64,000 bases of DNA, taken from Myxococcota bacterium. Lineage in GTDB: Bacteria > Myxococcota_A > SURF-8. Every line of letters starts with the position of its first letter. Within the stretch, counting starts at the first letter, position 1. This document shows, in pieces, positions 1-9,957 of the stretch. The notes beneath the pieces were generated by a model. That model was given only the letters and a program-made list of their open reading frames with translations, was not told the origin of the DNA and did no database searches. The stretch covers positions 1,088,001-1,152,000 of the forward strand of contig OZ223209.1 in the NCBI GenBank assembly GCA_965140415.1, given 5' to 3'. A program made the position numbers and the translations under genes.

Positions 1-182
1 CTCCTTTCGTAGCGGTGACCGAGACCTGAGTACTGTCAGTAAAGAGCGTCTGTTTTGATGTTCGGATTGTCGGTACCAAGAGTTGGGTAAATCGATGTCG
101 AAGTGCACATGCGACATAGTAAGTGCCGATGGTTGAAAAACGAATGAGGACAGACAATTCGAACCGATGGAGGAGATCGAAA

Positions 183-2234
183 ATGAAACGAAGTATGATG
201 ATGGTGTTTGTATTACTGCTCAGCTTGTTGCTTCTTGGACTGAGTGGTTGTGGTGACGATGAAGATGAGGTGATAGACGGCGACGTGGACGGCGACAACA
301 TCGATGGGGATGAGATTGATGGTGATACGGTTGACGGTGACACCGATGGTGATGCTGTCGATGGAGATATGATTGATGGTGATACGGTTGACGGTGACAC
401 CGATGGTGATGCTGTCGATGGAGATATGATCGATGGTGATACGATTGACGGTGACACCGATGGTGATGCTGTCGATGGTGACATGATAGATGGCGATACT
501 GTTGATGGAGACACCGATGGTGATGCTGTCGATGGAGATATGATCGATGGTGATGCTGTTGATGGTGACACCGATGGCGATGCTGTCGATGGAGATATGG
601 TCGATGGTGATGTTGTTGACGGTGACACGGACGGAGAAGTTGATCTTTGCGATGGTGTGAACTGCTTCGACAACGCCACTTGCGATGAAGCGACGGGTAA
701 TTGCGTCTGTGATGAAGACTACGAGAACTGGACAGATGGTGTCGGCTGCACGATGGAAGCACTTGATGTGACCGGAAGCTACGACGATGGCTTTGGCGGC
801 CATCACGAGATCACGCAGACGGTCTGGACGCAAAGCGGTTACGGCGCGGCCAGCCATTTCTTTATCAGCCAGTATTCCAACGCGAATTCGTATCTCATTG
901 CCCAAAACGGTCCGAACAACGCCTACAGCCCTGAAAAATGGAGCCGCTTCGACTGGACCTGGTACGACGATGGAAGCCGATCCGAATCGCTCTGGTACTG
1001 TCAGACCGTCTACGGAGCCGATACGGAAGCGGATGCTTTAAACACACCCGCAGCCGACTCTACTGACCCTTCCAGTGGCGGTTGCGGAGGCTTTTCCTGG
1101 TCCAAGGCGACGCCGGGTAACACAATGCTCACGATCTTTGGAAGTTACCAGGACAGCTACGATGGCCATCACGAGATCACGCAGACAGTCTGGACGCAAA
1201 GCGGGTACGGTGCAGCCAGTCATTTCTTCTTCAGCCAGTTCTCGAATGCGGATCAGTACGCCATCGCCCAAAATGGCCCAGACAACGCCTACAGTCCCGA
1301 TAAATGGAGCCGCTACGACTGGACCTGGTACGATGATGGTGAAGGATTGGCGCTCTGGTACTGTCAGACGGCCTATGGCGCAGATACGGAAGCGGATGCC
1401 CTGGCGACGGAGGCAGCCGATGCGACCGATCCGTCCAGCGGCGGCTGTAGTGGTTATTCGTGGTCGAAGCTTTCCTCTGCGGATACGACGCTGACAATCT
1501 TCGGAAGCTACGCCGATAACTACGGCGGCGGCCATGAGATCTCGGACGCACTCTGGACCCAGGGCGGTTGGGGTAACGCCAGCTATTTCCACATCACACA
1601 ATTCTCGAACGATTCGCAATATGCCATCGCTCAAAACAATACACATAACGCCTACAATCCCGACAAATGGAGCCGCTTCGACTGGACCTGGTACGATTCC
1701 GGTAGCGGTGTCGAATTGTGGTACTGCCAGACGGCCTATGGTGCAGATACGGAAGCGGATGCCCTGGCGACGGCGGCAGCCGATGCGACCGATCCTTCCT
1801 CTGGTGGCTGTGGTGGTTTGGCGTGGTCGAAACTTACACTTGGTACATCCAATCTGATTCTGGTGGGAGATTGGTTGGACAACTTTGGTATGAATCACAC
1901 CATTTCGGGTGAAACCTGGTTTCAGTCCACCGATGGCTTTCCGGAATACGATTACAACTTCGAGATCAGCCAGTTCTCGAACGTTGAAATGTGGGTGAGC
2001 GCTCAGAACGACACGGATAACCCAACCGGCGGGGACAAATGGAGCCGCATCGATTGGACCTGGTACGATGCCGGTTCCGGTCTAGAATTGTGGTACTGCC
2101 AGACCGTATATGATGCGGATACCGAGAATGACGCACTCAGCGCCGCCCGTGCGGACGAGACGGATCCGTCCAGCGGAGGATGCGGCGCATCCTCCTGGTC
2201 GAAATTGACGCCATACGTGGACGAGGCAAAATGA
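183..2234 (+). CDS. Surface lipoprotein: Asp/Gly-rich stalk, EGF-like Cys module, four tandem ~121-aa Trp/Tyr-rich domains of unknown family
   Basis: GGAGG RBS before ATG 183; hydrophobic leader with lipobox LSGC; DGD repeats; C-x4-C-x5-C-x6-C-x-C module; four repeats sharing KWSR(F/Y/I)DWTWYD, LWYCQT and DPSSGGC. Confidence 0.8.
   Translation: MKRSMMMVFVLLLSLLLLGLSGCGDDEDEVIDGDVDGDNIDGDEIDGDTVDGDTDGDAVDGDMIDGDTVDGDTDGDAVDGDMIDGDTIDGDTDGDAVDGDMIDGDTVDGDTDGDAVDGDMIDGDAVDGDTDGDAVDGDMVDGDVVDGDTDGEVDLCDGVNCFDNATCDEATGNCVCDEDYENWTDGVGCTMEALDVTGSYDDGFGGHHEITQTVWTQSGYGAASHFFISQYSNANSYLIAQNGPNNAYSPEKWSRFDWTWYDDGSRSESLWYCQTVYGADTEADALNTPAADSTDPSSGGCGGFSWSKATPGNTMLTIFGSYQDSYDGHHEITQTVWTQSGYGAASHFFFSQFSNADQYAIAQNGPDNAYSPDKWSRYDWTWYDDGEGLALWYCQTAYGADTEADALATEAADATDPSSGGCSGYSWSKLSSADTTLTIFGSYADNYGGGHEISDALWTQGGWGNASYFHITQFSNDSQYAIAQNNTHNAYNPDKWSRFDWTWYDSGSGVELWYCQTAYGADTEADALATAAADATDPSSGGCGGLAWSKLTLGTSNLILVGDWLDNFGMNHTISGETWFQSTDGFPEYDYNFEISQFSNVEMWVSAQNDTDNPTGGDKWSRIDWTWYDAGSGLELWYCQTVYDADTENDALSAARADETDPSSGGCGASSWSKLTPYVDEAK
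314..636 (+). repeat. 57-bp coding tandem repeat (~5.5 copies) encoding [19 protein letters not shown]
   Basis: gattgatggtgatacggttgacggtgacaccgatggtgatgctgtcgatggagatat starts at 314 and 371; variant copies at ~428, 485, 542, 599. Confidence 0.95.
760..2215 (+). repeat. Four intragenic domain duplications, ~363-366 bp period
   Basis: ggccatcacgagatcacgcagac at ~797 and ~1163; aaatggagccgc...gactggacctggtacga recurs four times. Confidence 0.9.
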
Positions 2235-3628
2235 TGAAATCGAATCCGTTCCAAAACCTGTTTGGGGGATGGTTCCGTCAGGGTGGAGCCATTTGGCTCC
2301 TCCCTCTGCTTATTTGTACTTTGTTCTTATGCAGTGGATGTGTAGAAAGCGATTCTGATTCTGTGGATGGTGATTCCGATTCCATAGATAGCGACATCGA
2401 AATTGGCGACATCGAGATCGAAAATGACGCTCAGCAGCGTTGTCGCAACGCCGATTGTCCCGATCATGCATGTTGCAATCCGGAAACGGGTGAGTGCGAA
2501 TGCGAATTAGGATACGAGCCGCTCGGTGGACGCTGTGTGGTGGTGGTCGAAGATGGGGATCTTGACTCCGAACAGGGTGATGAAGTGATCGATGGAGATC
2601 TGGACAGCGACCTCGTATCGGATGGCGACAGTACCGACACGGATGTAGACGGCTCTTCCGATGGCGATATCGAGACCGATGTTGATAATGATATCGATGG
2701 CGATACGGATGGCGATGGAGAGGCCGAGACCTTGTTGCTTTGCGAGGTTCCGCAAGCGCCAACGATGACGGTGATTCACAAAGGTGCGGAACTTTCCTTT
2801 ACCTGTGCTTCAGCCGGTGCGATTCAAGTTGGAAAAGCCTCGTCTCCGAGCGCAACCGAGCCGGACGCCTGGCTGGATCAGGATTCACTGGCCTTTGAAA
2901 ACACGGGTGCATTCAAAATCTTCGCCCGTCTGGTTTCGGACGAATGCGAACCACAACCTTTTGTTTTTACCTATGATGTGGAAGAAACATTTCCGCCTGC
3001 CTCCGGACAGGATGGATCGACTGCTGTTTCCAAGGATGACACCTCGATACTTGGATGGGCCACGGGAGTCGAATCGGTCACGTACGGAGAAAACGTAACT
3101 GAGGGCTGGCAAACGCCTGACAAGGCACTCGGCGCGGCAGAGGGAACCTCGTTCGACATCGTCAGTCTGGGACGCGGCGGTGAGATCACGCTGTCTTTCG
3201 ATCCGCCTATTGCCAACAGAAGTGGTTATGACTTCACCGTGTTTGAAAACAGCTTTTCGGATACGTTTCTCGAAGTTGCCTACGTAGAAATCAGTTCCGA
3301 CAACGAAACCTTTCTACGCTTCGACAGCGCCTACCTTGGAGAGTCGGAGGTCAGCGGTTTCGGCAATACCGACACGGTGCTTTTCGACGGACTGGCAGGA
3401 AAATATCGTCAAGGCTACGGTAATCCCTTCGATTTGGAGGTGTTCGTCAATCGTCCCGAAGTGCGGGACGGCTCGGTTGATCTAGACGCGATCCGATATG
3501 TACGATTCGTGGATATCGTCGGGGATGGGAGCGCCATGGACAGTTTCGGGCATGTCATTTACGACCCCTATCCAACCACCGACAGCGCGGGTTTCGACCT
3601 GGATGCGGTGGGTGTCCTGAATCAGTAA
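2231..3628 (+). CDS. Surface lipoprotein: DGD stalk, EGF-like module, Ig-like spacer, C-terminal BtuH-like (putative cobalamin-binding) domain
   Basis: ATGA overlap with the upstream stop; lipobox CSGC; C-terminal [32 protein letters not shown] resembles, from memory, the Bacteroides BtuH domain; sits directly before a btuB-like gene. Confidence 0.65.
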   Translation: MMKSNPFQNLFGGWFRQGGAIWLLPLLICTLFLCSGCVESDSDSVDGDSDSIDSDIEIGDIEIENDAQQRCRNADCPDHACCNPETGECECELGYEPLGGRCVVVVEDGDLDSEQGDEVIDGDLDSDLVSDGDSTDTDVDGSSDGDIETDVDNDIDGDTDGDGEAETLLLCEVPQAPTMTVIHKGAELSFTCASAGAIQVGKASSPSATEPDAWLDQDSLAFENTGAFKIFARLVSDECEPQPFVFTYDVEETFPPASGQDGSTAVSKDDTSILGWATGVESVTYGENVTEGWQTPDKALGAAEGTSFDIVSLGRGGEITLSFDPPIANRSGYDFTVFENSFSDTFLEVAYVEISSDNETFLRFDSAYLGESEVSGFGNTDTVLFDGLAGKYRQGYGNPFDLEVFVNRPEVRDGSVDLDAIRYVRFVDIVGDGSAMDSFGHVIYDPYPTTDSAGFDLDAVGVLNQ

Positions 3629-3642
3629 GCCGGTATTCCTCA

Positions 3643-5751
3643 ATGAGAAACTACGCGATCATCTCTGGGCTGTGGCTATGGATATGCCTCGTCTCTCCAT
3701 CTTTTGCAGGGGAGACACCCCCCGAAAATTCGGATGATTCGGTCCAGGAAAACAATATCGAAGCCGAGATGGAAATGATGGACGATGACGAATCGGTGGA
3801 AGGCGGCGACGAAACGTTTTCCATTGCACCGGTGATGATCAGAGCCGCACGTGAATCGCGGGATCTCCGCCAGGATCGCGCCGCATCAGGATCGGTCCTG
3901 TTGCCCGAAGATTTCGATGATGCTGGGGATACCATGCCTGACGTACTCGACCAGCAAGCCGGGGTGCGTGTTACAAAGCTCGGCGGACCAGCTTCGTTTT
4001 CCACACTTTCCATTCGCGGCTCCACCTCCGACCAAGTGCTGGTGGTGCTGGACGGCGTTCCGCTGAATTCGGCGGCTGGCGGTCCGGTGGATCTGTCCCG
4101 TATTCCGCTAGGAAACATCGAACGCGTTGAAATCTATCGAGGAGTATCCCCGCTCGCCTTCGGCTCCAGCGCCATCGGTGGCACGCTTTCGATCACGACA
4201 CGTACAGCTCGCGAGCGACAGCTAACACTTACCGTAGGTGGCGGGTCATTTGGCGCCAGAGAAGCGAGATTGTTTTATTCCGAACCGCAAGATACCTGGG
4301 ATCTTGCTCTTGGACTGGATTACAGCGGTTGGGAAGGCACTTTCCCATATATAAACGACAACGGTACTCGCTTCGACAGTACCGACGACAGACGAGTAAC
4401 GCGGCAGAACAACCGTTTCGATCAGATCAATCTGCTTGGAAAGATCCGATTGCATCTTGACGAGCAGTGGACTTTGTCTCTGATGGAATGGTTCTTCTGG
4501 CGTGACCAGGGCGTGCCGGGTCTGGGACAGTTCGAGACTGAAGAAAGCCAATACGGAGTCATGGACAGTTTGTCCGTGCTTTCGGTCAAAGGCGAATTCC
4601 TGGCCGGTCTTGCCGAGTGGAGTTTCCAGGCCGGTTTTCGGTATACGCAATCCACATTCAGCGATCCTTTAGACGAGATCGGCTTGACTGGCGACGATGC
4701 AGAGGATCGATCCTTTTCGCCTTTGCTTTCCACAGCACTGAAACTGGAGCCGTTTTCCTGGTGGGATGTGTCCGCGCAGGCCGCTTATCGATACGAACGA
4801 TTTGAACCCTCGGTGGAAAGTACATCGGCGGCGCAGTCGGACCGGCACACCATCTCGGCAGGTCTGGAAACCGGTTTCCTGATCGATGCAGCCGACCTGT
4901 TGGTTTTACCTTCAGGACGGGTCGAATGGGCCGACAGTCATCTCGCTCACAAGGAAGTCACCTCAGGCAACCAGCCTCTCGTGATAGAATCAGAGCAGAC
5001 GGAATGGTCCTGGCGGGTTGCTCTGGTAAACACCTCCATCCCGGACACCAAACTGACCGTATCGGGTGGACGGGCGGTACGCCTTCCCTCCCTGTTTGAG
5101 TTGTTTGGAAACTCGGGTCGAGTAATTGGAAATCCGGAGTTGAAGTCGGAGTCCGCCTACAACGTAGACGGCGGGATCATCTACGATTCCAATATGCTTC
5201 CCGATCCCTATCGCCTACGCCTTGAAGTGTACGGCTTCTATTCGGACGTCACGAACTTGATTCAGTTCGTCCAGACCTCCCAGAACATCGCCAAAGCCGA
5301 AAATGTCGACCGGGCGCGTATGTGGGGAGTTGAAGCCGGATTGCGAAGCGATCTGTTCGGCCATCTACGGCTGAACGGAAATTTCACGCTTCTCGATGCA
5401 ATCAACACTGGTAAGATTGAAGCGAGAAAAGACAGGCACCTGCCGTTTCGCCCGGCAAGCAAATGGTATGTGCGCGCCGAGGGGTATGTGAAGGAGATTC
5501 CAGCGCTTGAGGAATTGTCCGTGTTTCTGGATTCGGAATGGATCGCGGGTAACTTTCTGGACAACGCCAATCTCGTTTCGGTGTCGGATCGCTTCTATCT
5601 AAATACCGGTATGAGCATCGAATTGAAGCGCTCCCTGGCCAAACTGAGTTTTACGGCCAATAACTTGACAGACGAACGTACGTCCGATCTGGCTGGGTAT
5701 CCATTAGCGGGTCGAAGCTTTCACCTCTTGTTTACGATGAAGGTGCTGTGA
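3643..5751 (+). CDS. btuB: TonB-dependent outer-membrane receptor, BtuB-like
   Basis: Plug motifs LSIRGSTSDQVLVVLDGVPLN and IERVEIYRG; GNPELKSE; C-terminal NNLTD..GYPLAGRSF; btuFDC and cobQ context. Confidence 0.85.
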   Translation: MRNYAIISGLWLWICLVSPSFAGETPPENSDDSVQENNIEAEMEMMDDDESVEGGDETFSIAPVMIRAARESRDLRQDRAASGSVLLPEDFDDAGDTMPDVLDQQAGVRVTKLGGPASFSTLSIRGSTSDQVLVVLDGVPLNSAAGGPVDLSRIPLGNIERVEIYRGVSPLAFGSSAIGGTLSITTRTARERQLTLTVGGGSFGAREARLFYSEPQDTWDLALGLDYSGWEGTFPYINDNGTRFDSTDDRRVTRQNNRFDQINLLGKIRLHLDEQWTLSLMEWFFWRDQGVPGLGQFETEESQYGVMDSLSVLSVKGEFLAGLAEWSFQAGFRYTQSTFSDPLDEIGLTGDDAEDRSFSPLLSTALKLEPFSWWDVSAQAAYRYERFEPSVESTSAAQSDRHTISAGLETGFLIDAADLLVLPSGRVEWADSHLAHKEVTSGNQPLVIESEQTEWSWRVALVNTSIPDTKLTVSGGRAVRLPSLFELFGNSGRVIGNPELKSESAYNVDGGIIYDSNMLPDPYRLRLEVYGFYSDVTNLIQFVQTSQNIAKAENVDRARMWGVEAGLRSDLFGHLRLNGNFTLLDAINTGKIEARKDRHLPFRPASKWYVRAEGYVKEIPALEELSVFLDSEWIAGNFLDNANLVSVSDRFYLNTGMSIELKRSLAKLSFTANNLTDERTSDLAGYPLAGRSFHLLFTMKVL

Positions 5752-7076
5752 TGACGATATTATCCCGGACTAAAAAGGTTCTTTTGGTTTTGATGTTCGT
5801 CGCCGGCTTGTGCGGCGGATGCATCGACAACACGTCGGGATTATCGGATGAACCGGACGGGGACGAAGGGGCTCCTGACCGCCTCGATGGCGATATGGAT
5901 TTACAAGAAGGAGATGATGATTCCGGGTCGCACGAAACGCCGCCTTGGACCATCGCCGTCGTCGGAACGGACTACTTCTCGACCTCGATTTCCATCATCG
6001 ACAGAGAAACCCGTTCTCTCTTTCGGGAAAACATTGTCAATTCGGGCTCATCCTCCTCGGGACTGTCTATTGCGCTCTCGGGTGATGTGGTGTTTCCACG
6101 GTCGTATAATCACAAAAACTGGATCGTCTTGCTAGACCGCTACCCGAACAGCGTCCTGACCTTCGTTGATCCGAACGATTTTTCCGTTATTGGTCAGTTG
6201 CCGGTTGCTACTGGTTTCGCTTCCAACCCACACGATTTTCTCTGGTTGTCGGAGAATAAGGCCTATATCACCCGTTACGAAAAGAATCCGACTCCGGGAG
6301 ACATGGAGTTCGACGGAGGAGATGATATTCTGATTGTCGATCCCATCACAAATGTGATTACGGGAAGGATTCCGCTTGCCGATTACGCCGATACGAAAAC
6401 GAATTCGAATTTACAGGCGCGACCTGATCAAATGGCCGATGCCGATGGCATTGTATGGGTGACGCTCGATCATCTCACCGACGATTTCAAGGAAAGCGGT
6501 GAAGGCCGTGTCGTCGGTATCGATGTGGAAAGTGATGAAGTCGTAGAACTCGTTAGATTACCGGAGGTCACGAACTGCACCGGAATCGTCTACAGCAAGA
6601 GTCATCATTCACTTTATGTGTCGTGCAGTGGTTTGTTTATTGCGGGAACCGACGACCAGCTTCAGCATTCGGGAATCGTACAAATCGATCTGGATGCAAA
6701 TCCTCCACAGGTCAGTGTATTTCGTCGTGCAGAGGACAGCAATGGTCGTCCCTACGGTTTTGACCTTGATGTGTTGCAGGATCGTTATCTGCTGGCCGTC
6801 CGTTACGGGGATCTCGAAACTAACATCCTGGATACACTGGTGGCGATCGATCTGGAAACGGGAGAGGAGAGCGTCCTTCACGAAGCTGGATCGGCGTATG
6901 GGATGGGCGGTTTGCTTGCCGACGACGCGACGAATTCGGTTTATGTCGGTGACGCAGACCCCGTCAATCCCGGCATTCATCTGTATTCCATCGAAAACGA
7001 TTCATTTAACTACGATGGCATGATCAATTCTCATCCCACCGTCGGACTTCCACCGCGATACATTCGCTTTTACTGA
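5748..7076 (+). CDS. YncE/BtuG-like beta-propeller surface lipoprotein
   Basis: Lipoprotein leader (CGGC), short DGD linker, propeller-blade motifs (NPHDFLWLSENKAYITRY, ILIVDP..ITGRI, LYVSCSG); GTGA overlap with the receptor stop. Confidence 0.7.
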   Translation: MMTILSRTKKVLLVLMFVAGLCGGCIDNTSGLSDEPDGDEGAPDRLDGDMDLQEGDDDSGSHETPPWTIAVVGTDYFSTSISIIDRETRSLFRENIVNSGSSSSGLSIALSGDVVFPRSYNHKNWIVLLDRYPNSVLTFVDPNDFSVIGQLPVATGFASNPHDFLWLSENKAYITRYEKNPTPGDMEFDGGDDILIVDPITNVITGRIPLADYADTKTNSNLQARPDQMADADGIVWVTLDHLTDDFKESGEGRVVGIDVESDEVVELVRLPEVTNCTGIVYSKSHHSLYVSCSGLFIAGTDDQLQHSGIVQIDLDANPPQVSVFRRAEDSNGRPYGFDLDVLQDRYLLAVRYGDLETNILDTLVAIDLETGEESVLHEAGSAYGMGGLLADDATNSVYVGDADPVNPGIHLYSIENDSFNYDGMINSHPTVGLPPRYIRFY

Positions 7077-7106
7077 TCCGTCCGTCAGTTACGAAACGAG
7101 GACTTC

Positions 7107-8003
7107 ATGTCAAACCGGTTTAAAATAGGGTTGTTTCTTCTACTTATCGTCACCTCGGCGAGTTGCTCGCAACAGGATCGACCGAAACAGGAGGCGAAGG
7201 AAACACGGTATCCGCAACGGATCGTATCCCACTTGCCGAGCCTGACCGAGATTGCATATGCTTTGGGAGCGGGAGATCGTGTTGTCGGTGTTTCGGACTT
7301 CTGTACTTTTCCGGAGGACGCGACACGCAAAACCCGGGTGGGTGGCATGATCAACCCTAATGTCGATGCGGTGCTGGGGTTGCGACCGGATCTGATCCTG
7401 CTTATGGACAATCAACAGGAACTGAAGGCTAAATACGTCAAACTCGGGTTGCCTGTACTGCGGGTGAAGACCGAGAAGTACAGAGACGTCATGCAAAGCA
7501 TTGGTATCATCGGAGAACGGCTCGGGCTCAAAACGGAGGCCGACAATCTAAATGCACGCATCGAAAAGGAGTTGGATACCATCCGCTCGAAAACGAAAGG
7601 TCACAAAAAGGTAAAGACGCTGATAATAATCGGACATGAATCCGGTTCGTTGCGTGATATCTGGACATCGGGAACAGGTTCGTTTCACGATGAAATGTTG
7701 GAAATCGCGGGCGGCGAAAACATGGTGGAGGATTCTCCGGCAAAATACCCGATGATTTCGAAAGAAGCGATTCTTCGCGCCTCGCCGGAGGCGATTGTCG
7801 TTTTGTTTCCCACTCCTATCTCGGAGGAGGACCGGCAAAAGGAAGTCGCCCTCTGGAAGCCATTGGGTTATATCGACGCCTACCAGAGCAACCGCATTTG
7901 CATTATCGGAGCGGACTGGGCGCACAAGCAGGGACCGAGAATGCCGGAAATCGCCAAAGCATTCTATGAATGTCTTCACGGGGCGAAGGAGAGTCAACGA
8001 TGA
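7107..8003 (+). CDS. btuF: Cobalamin ABC transporter substrate-binding lipoprotein
   Basis: PQRIVSHLPSLTEIAYALGAGDRVVGVSDFCTFP helical-backbone motif; lipobox SASC. Confidence 0.85.
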   Translation: MSNRFKIGLFLLLIVTSASCSQQDRPKQEAKETRYPQRIVSHLPSLTEIAYALGAGDRVVGVSDFCTFPEDATRKTRVGGMINPNVDAVLGLRPDLILLMDNQQELKAKYVKLGLPVLRVKTEKYRDVMQSIGIIGERLGLKTEADNLNARIEKELDTIRSKTKGHKKVKTLIIIGHESGSLRDIWTSGTGSFHDEMLEIAGGENMVEDSPAKYPMISKEAILRASPEAIVVLFPTPISEEDRQKEVALWKPLGYIDAYQSNRICIIGADWAHKQGPRMPEIAKAFYECLHGAKESQR

Positions 8004-8794
8004 ACACTTCCGTATTGTCCGCGAATAAGATAAACGCGGGATATGGCTCGAAAACGATTTTACAAGAGGTCTCCATTGATTTGGCCAGAGGAGAGTTTCT
8101 TGCAATCGTTGGACCGAACGGATCGGGCAAGTCCACACTAATGAAAAGCCTGATAGGATTTGTCCAGGTGGACAGCGGTGAGATTCGATACGGGGAACGG
8201 CAGATGAATTCGCTCCGACGACAGGAAGCGGCCCGGCATGTCGCCTTTCTTCCCCAAAGTACGACCTTCCACTTTCCATACCGCGTATTCGATTATGTTT
8301 TGCTTGGTCGCAGACCGTACCAGGGACTATTTCGTTCGCTGACTGACGAAGATCGAGCTGCGGTCGAGCAGGCCATGCACAGAACGGAAGTCTGGAATTT
8401 ACGCAATCGGATCGTAACGGAGCTTTCCGGTGGGGAACGCCAGAGAGTTGTACTTGCATCTGCTTTCGCGCAGCAAACCGCCGTTCTCCTTCTCGACGAA
8501 CCAACCAATTCCCTCGATTTGCGACATCAACTGCGAGTGTACGAACTGTTATCGGAAATGAAAGAAGAATGCGGACTCGCCGTGATGGCGGTCACACACG
8601 ATCTCAACCTGGCGGCACTGCACGCGGACCGGATTATCGTGATGAGCGAGGGGCAGATCGTGAAGCAGGGAACTCCTGATGCCATTCTATCAGCCGATCT
8701 GTTGCTGGATCACTTTGGAATTGAATCGACCGTGCGGGTCGATTCCGTCACACAACGACCCTATGTTCAATCACACCGAAGCATCTCGATATGA
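8000..8794 (+). CDS. btuD: Cobalamin/iron-chelate ABC transporter ATPase
   Basis: Walker A GPNGSGKS, signature LSGGERQR, Walker B LLLDEPT; ATGA overlap. Confidence 0.88.
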   Translation: MNTSVLSANKINAGYGSKTILQEVSIDLARGEFLAIVGPNGSGKSTLMKSLIGFVQVDSGEIRYGERQMNSLRRQEAARHVAFLPQSTTFHFPYRVFDYVLLGRRPYQGLFRSLTDEDRAAVEQAMHRTEVWNLRNRIVTELSGGERQRVVLASAFAQQTAVLLLDEPTNSLDLRHQLRVYELLSEMKEECGLAVMAVTHDLNLAALHADRIIVMSEGQIVKQGTPDAILSADLLLDHFGIESTVRVDSVTQRPYVQSHRSISI

Positions 8795-9819
8795 CACCTA
8801 CCACTGCATCCAAACGAGTCTGGCTCAAGATTGCCGTTATTGCCGTCTTGAGTGTTACCGCCATTGTCATGGCCCCGCTGATCGGCGGGACACCGATCGA
8901 TGTTTCGGCGGCCTTTTCCAATATCCACAACATCCAGGGGAATCTGGACGCCAGCATACTGTTTGTCACGCGCCTTCCAAGGGTAGTTCTGGGCGCGTTG
9001 GCGGGTGTCGCTTTGGCAATGTCAGGTGTTGTTTTCCAGGCTCTACTTAGAAATCCACTTGCAACCCCCTATACATTAGGAGTTTCAAGTGGCGGTGCGG
9101 TCGGAGCCGTACTCGCCATCAAACTGGGGTTGGATATTTCACTGTTCGGCTTCTCAACGATCCCGATCTTTTCGCTTCTTGGAAGCGGTGGGACAATTCT
9201 GCTCGTGTACATGCTTGCAAGAACCCGGAATCGCCTTCCAACGACGGTGCTTCTCCTGGCGGGCGTGGCGGTTAGTTTCTTTTACTCTGCCTTGATTCTC
9301 TTTGCTCACTACTTGGCCGACTTCACCGAGAGCCATAAAATGATGCGCTGGATGATGGGTGGACTCGACATCATCGGCTATGACTCCATCATTAGCCTGT
9401 TGCCACTTTGGGGTGCGGGGTTGCTCTGGATTATTTTGCGATCCCGCGATCTGGATCAACTCTCTTTCGGCGGTCTGGCCGCCCACAGTCGTGGCGTCAA
9501 CGTCACACGGTCCCAGAAATCCCTGTACATTGCCTCATCGTTGCTTGTCAGTTCGGTGGTTTGTGTCGCCGGTCCCATTGGTTTCGTCGGGCTGATTGTT
9601 CCGCACAGCATCCGATTCATCCTCGGTCCCTCTCACGGACCGCTATTGATAGGAAGCGCTTTTGCAGGAGCAGGGTTCCTTGTGATATGCGATACATTCG
9701 CACGTACGATCATGGCCCCCATGGAGTTGCCAATCGGTGTCCTGACCGCTCTTATCGGCGGTCCGTTCTTTATCGGACTGCTATTCAGGGAAAAAGGAAA
9801 GCATGGTTTTGAGGATTGA
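8791..9819 (+). CDS. btuC: FecCD/BtuC-family permease
   Basis: RLPRVVLG, FQALLRNPLATPYTLGVSSG, GPIGFVGLIVPH, ELPIGVLTALIGGPFF. Confidence 0.9.
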   Translation: MTPTTASKRVWLKIAVIAVLSVTAIVMAPLIGGTPIDVSAAFSNIHNIQGNLDASILFVTRLPRVVLGALAGVALAMSGVVFQALLRNPLATPYTLGVSSGGAVGAVLAIKLGLDISLFGFSTIPIFSLLGSGGTILLVYMLARTRNRLPTTVLLLAGVAVSFFYSALILFAHYLADFTESHKMMRWMMGGLDIIGYDSIISLLPLWGAGLLWIILRSRDLDQLSFGGLAAHSRGVNVTRSQKSLYIASSLLVSSVVCVAGPIGFVGLIVPHSIRFILGPSHGPLLIGSAFAGAGFLVICDTFARTIMAPMELPIGVLTALIGGPFFIGLLFREKGKHGFED

Positions 9820-9957
9820 ACATTACGTGGTGTTCGTGTTTCTTGTATTTGCTTTTTCGGCTTGCGAGAAAGAAGCAAGCATTTCCCAACCAGCAAACGG
9901 TCTAAATCGCCAATCGTATCGAGTTGCTTGTTCTCGGCATTTCCATGAAAGTCCAAG

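Noticed and set aside
314-636. Regular repeats as a CRISPR array
   Set aside because: The units are contiguous, in frame and have no unique spacers; no cas genes in the window
213-1898. Long antisense ORFs (His/Arg- or Ile-rich)
   Set aside because: Shadows of the repetitive plus-strand lipoprotein gene
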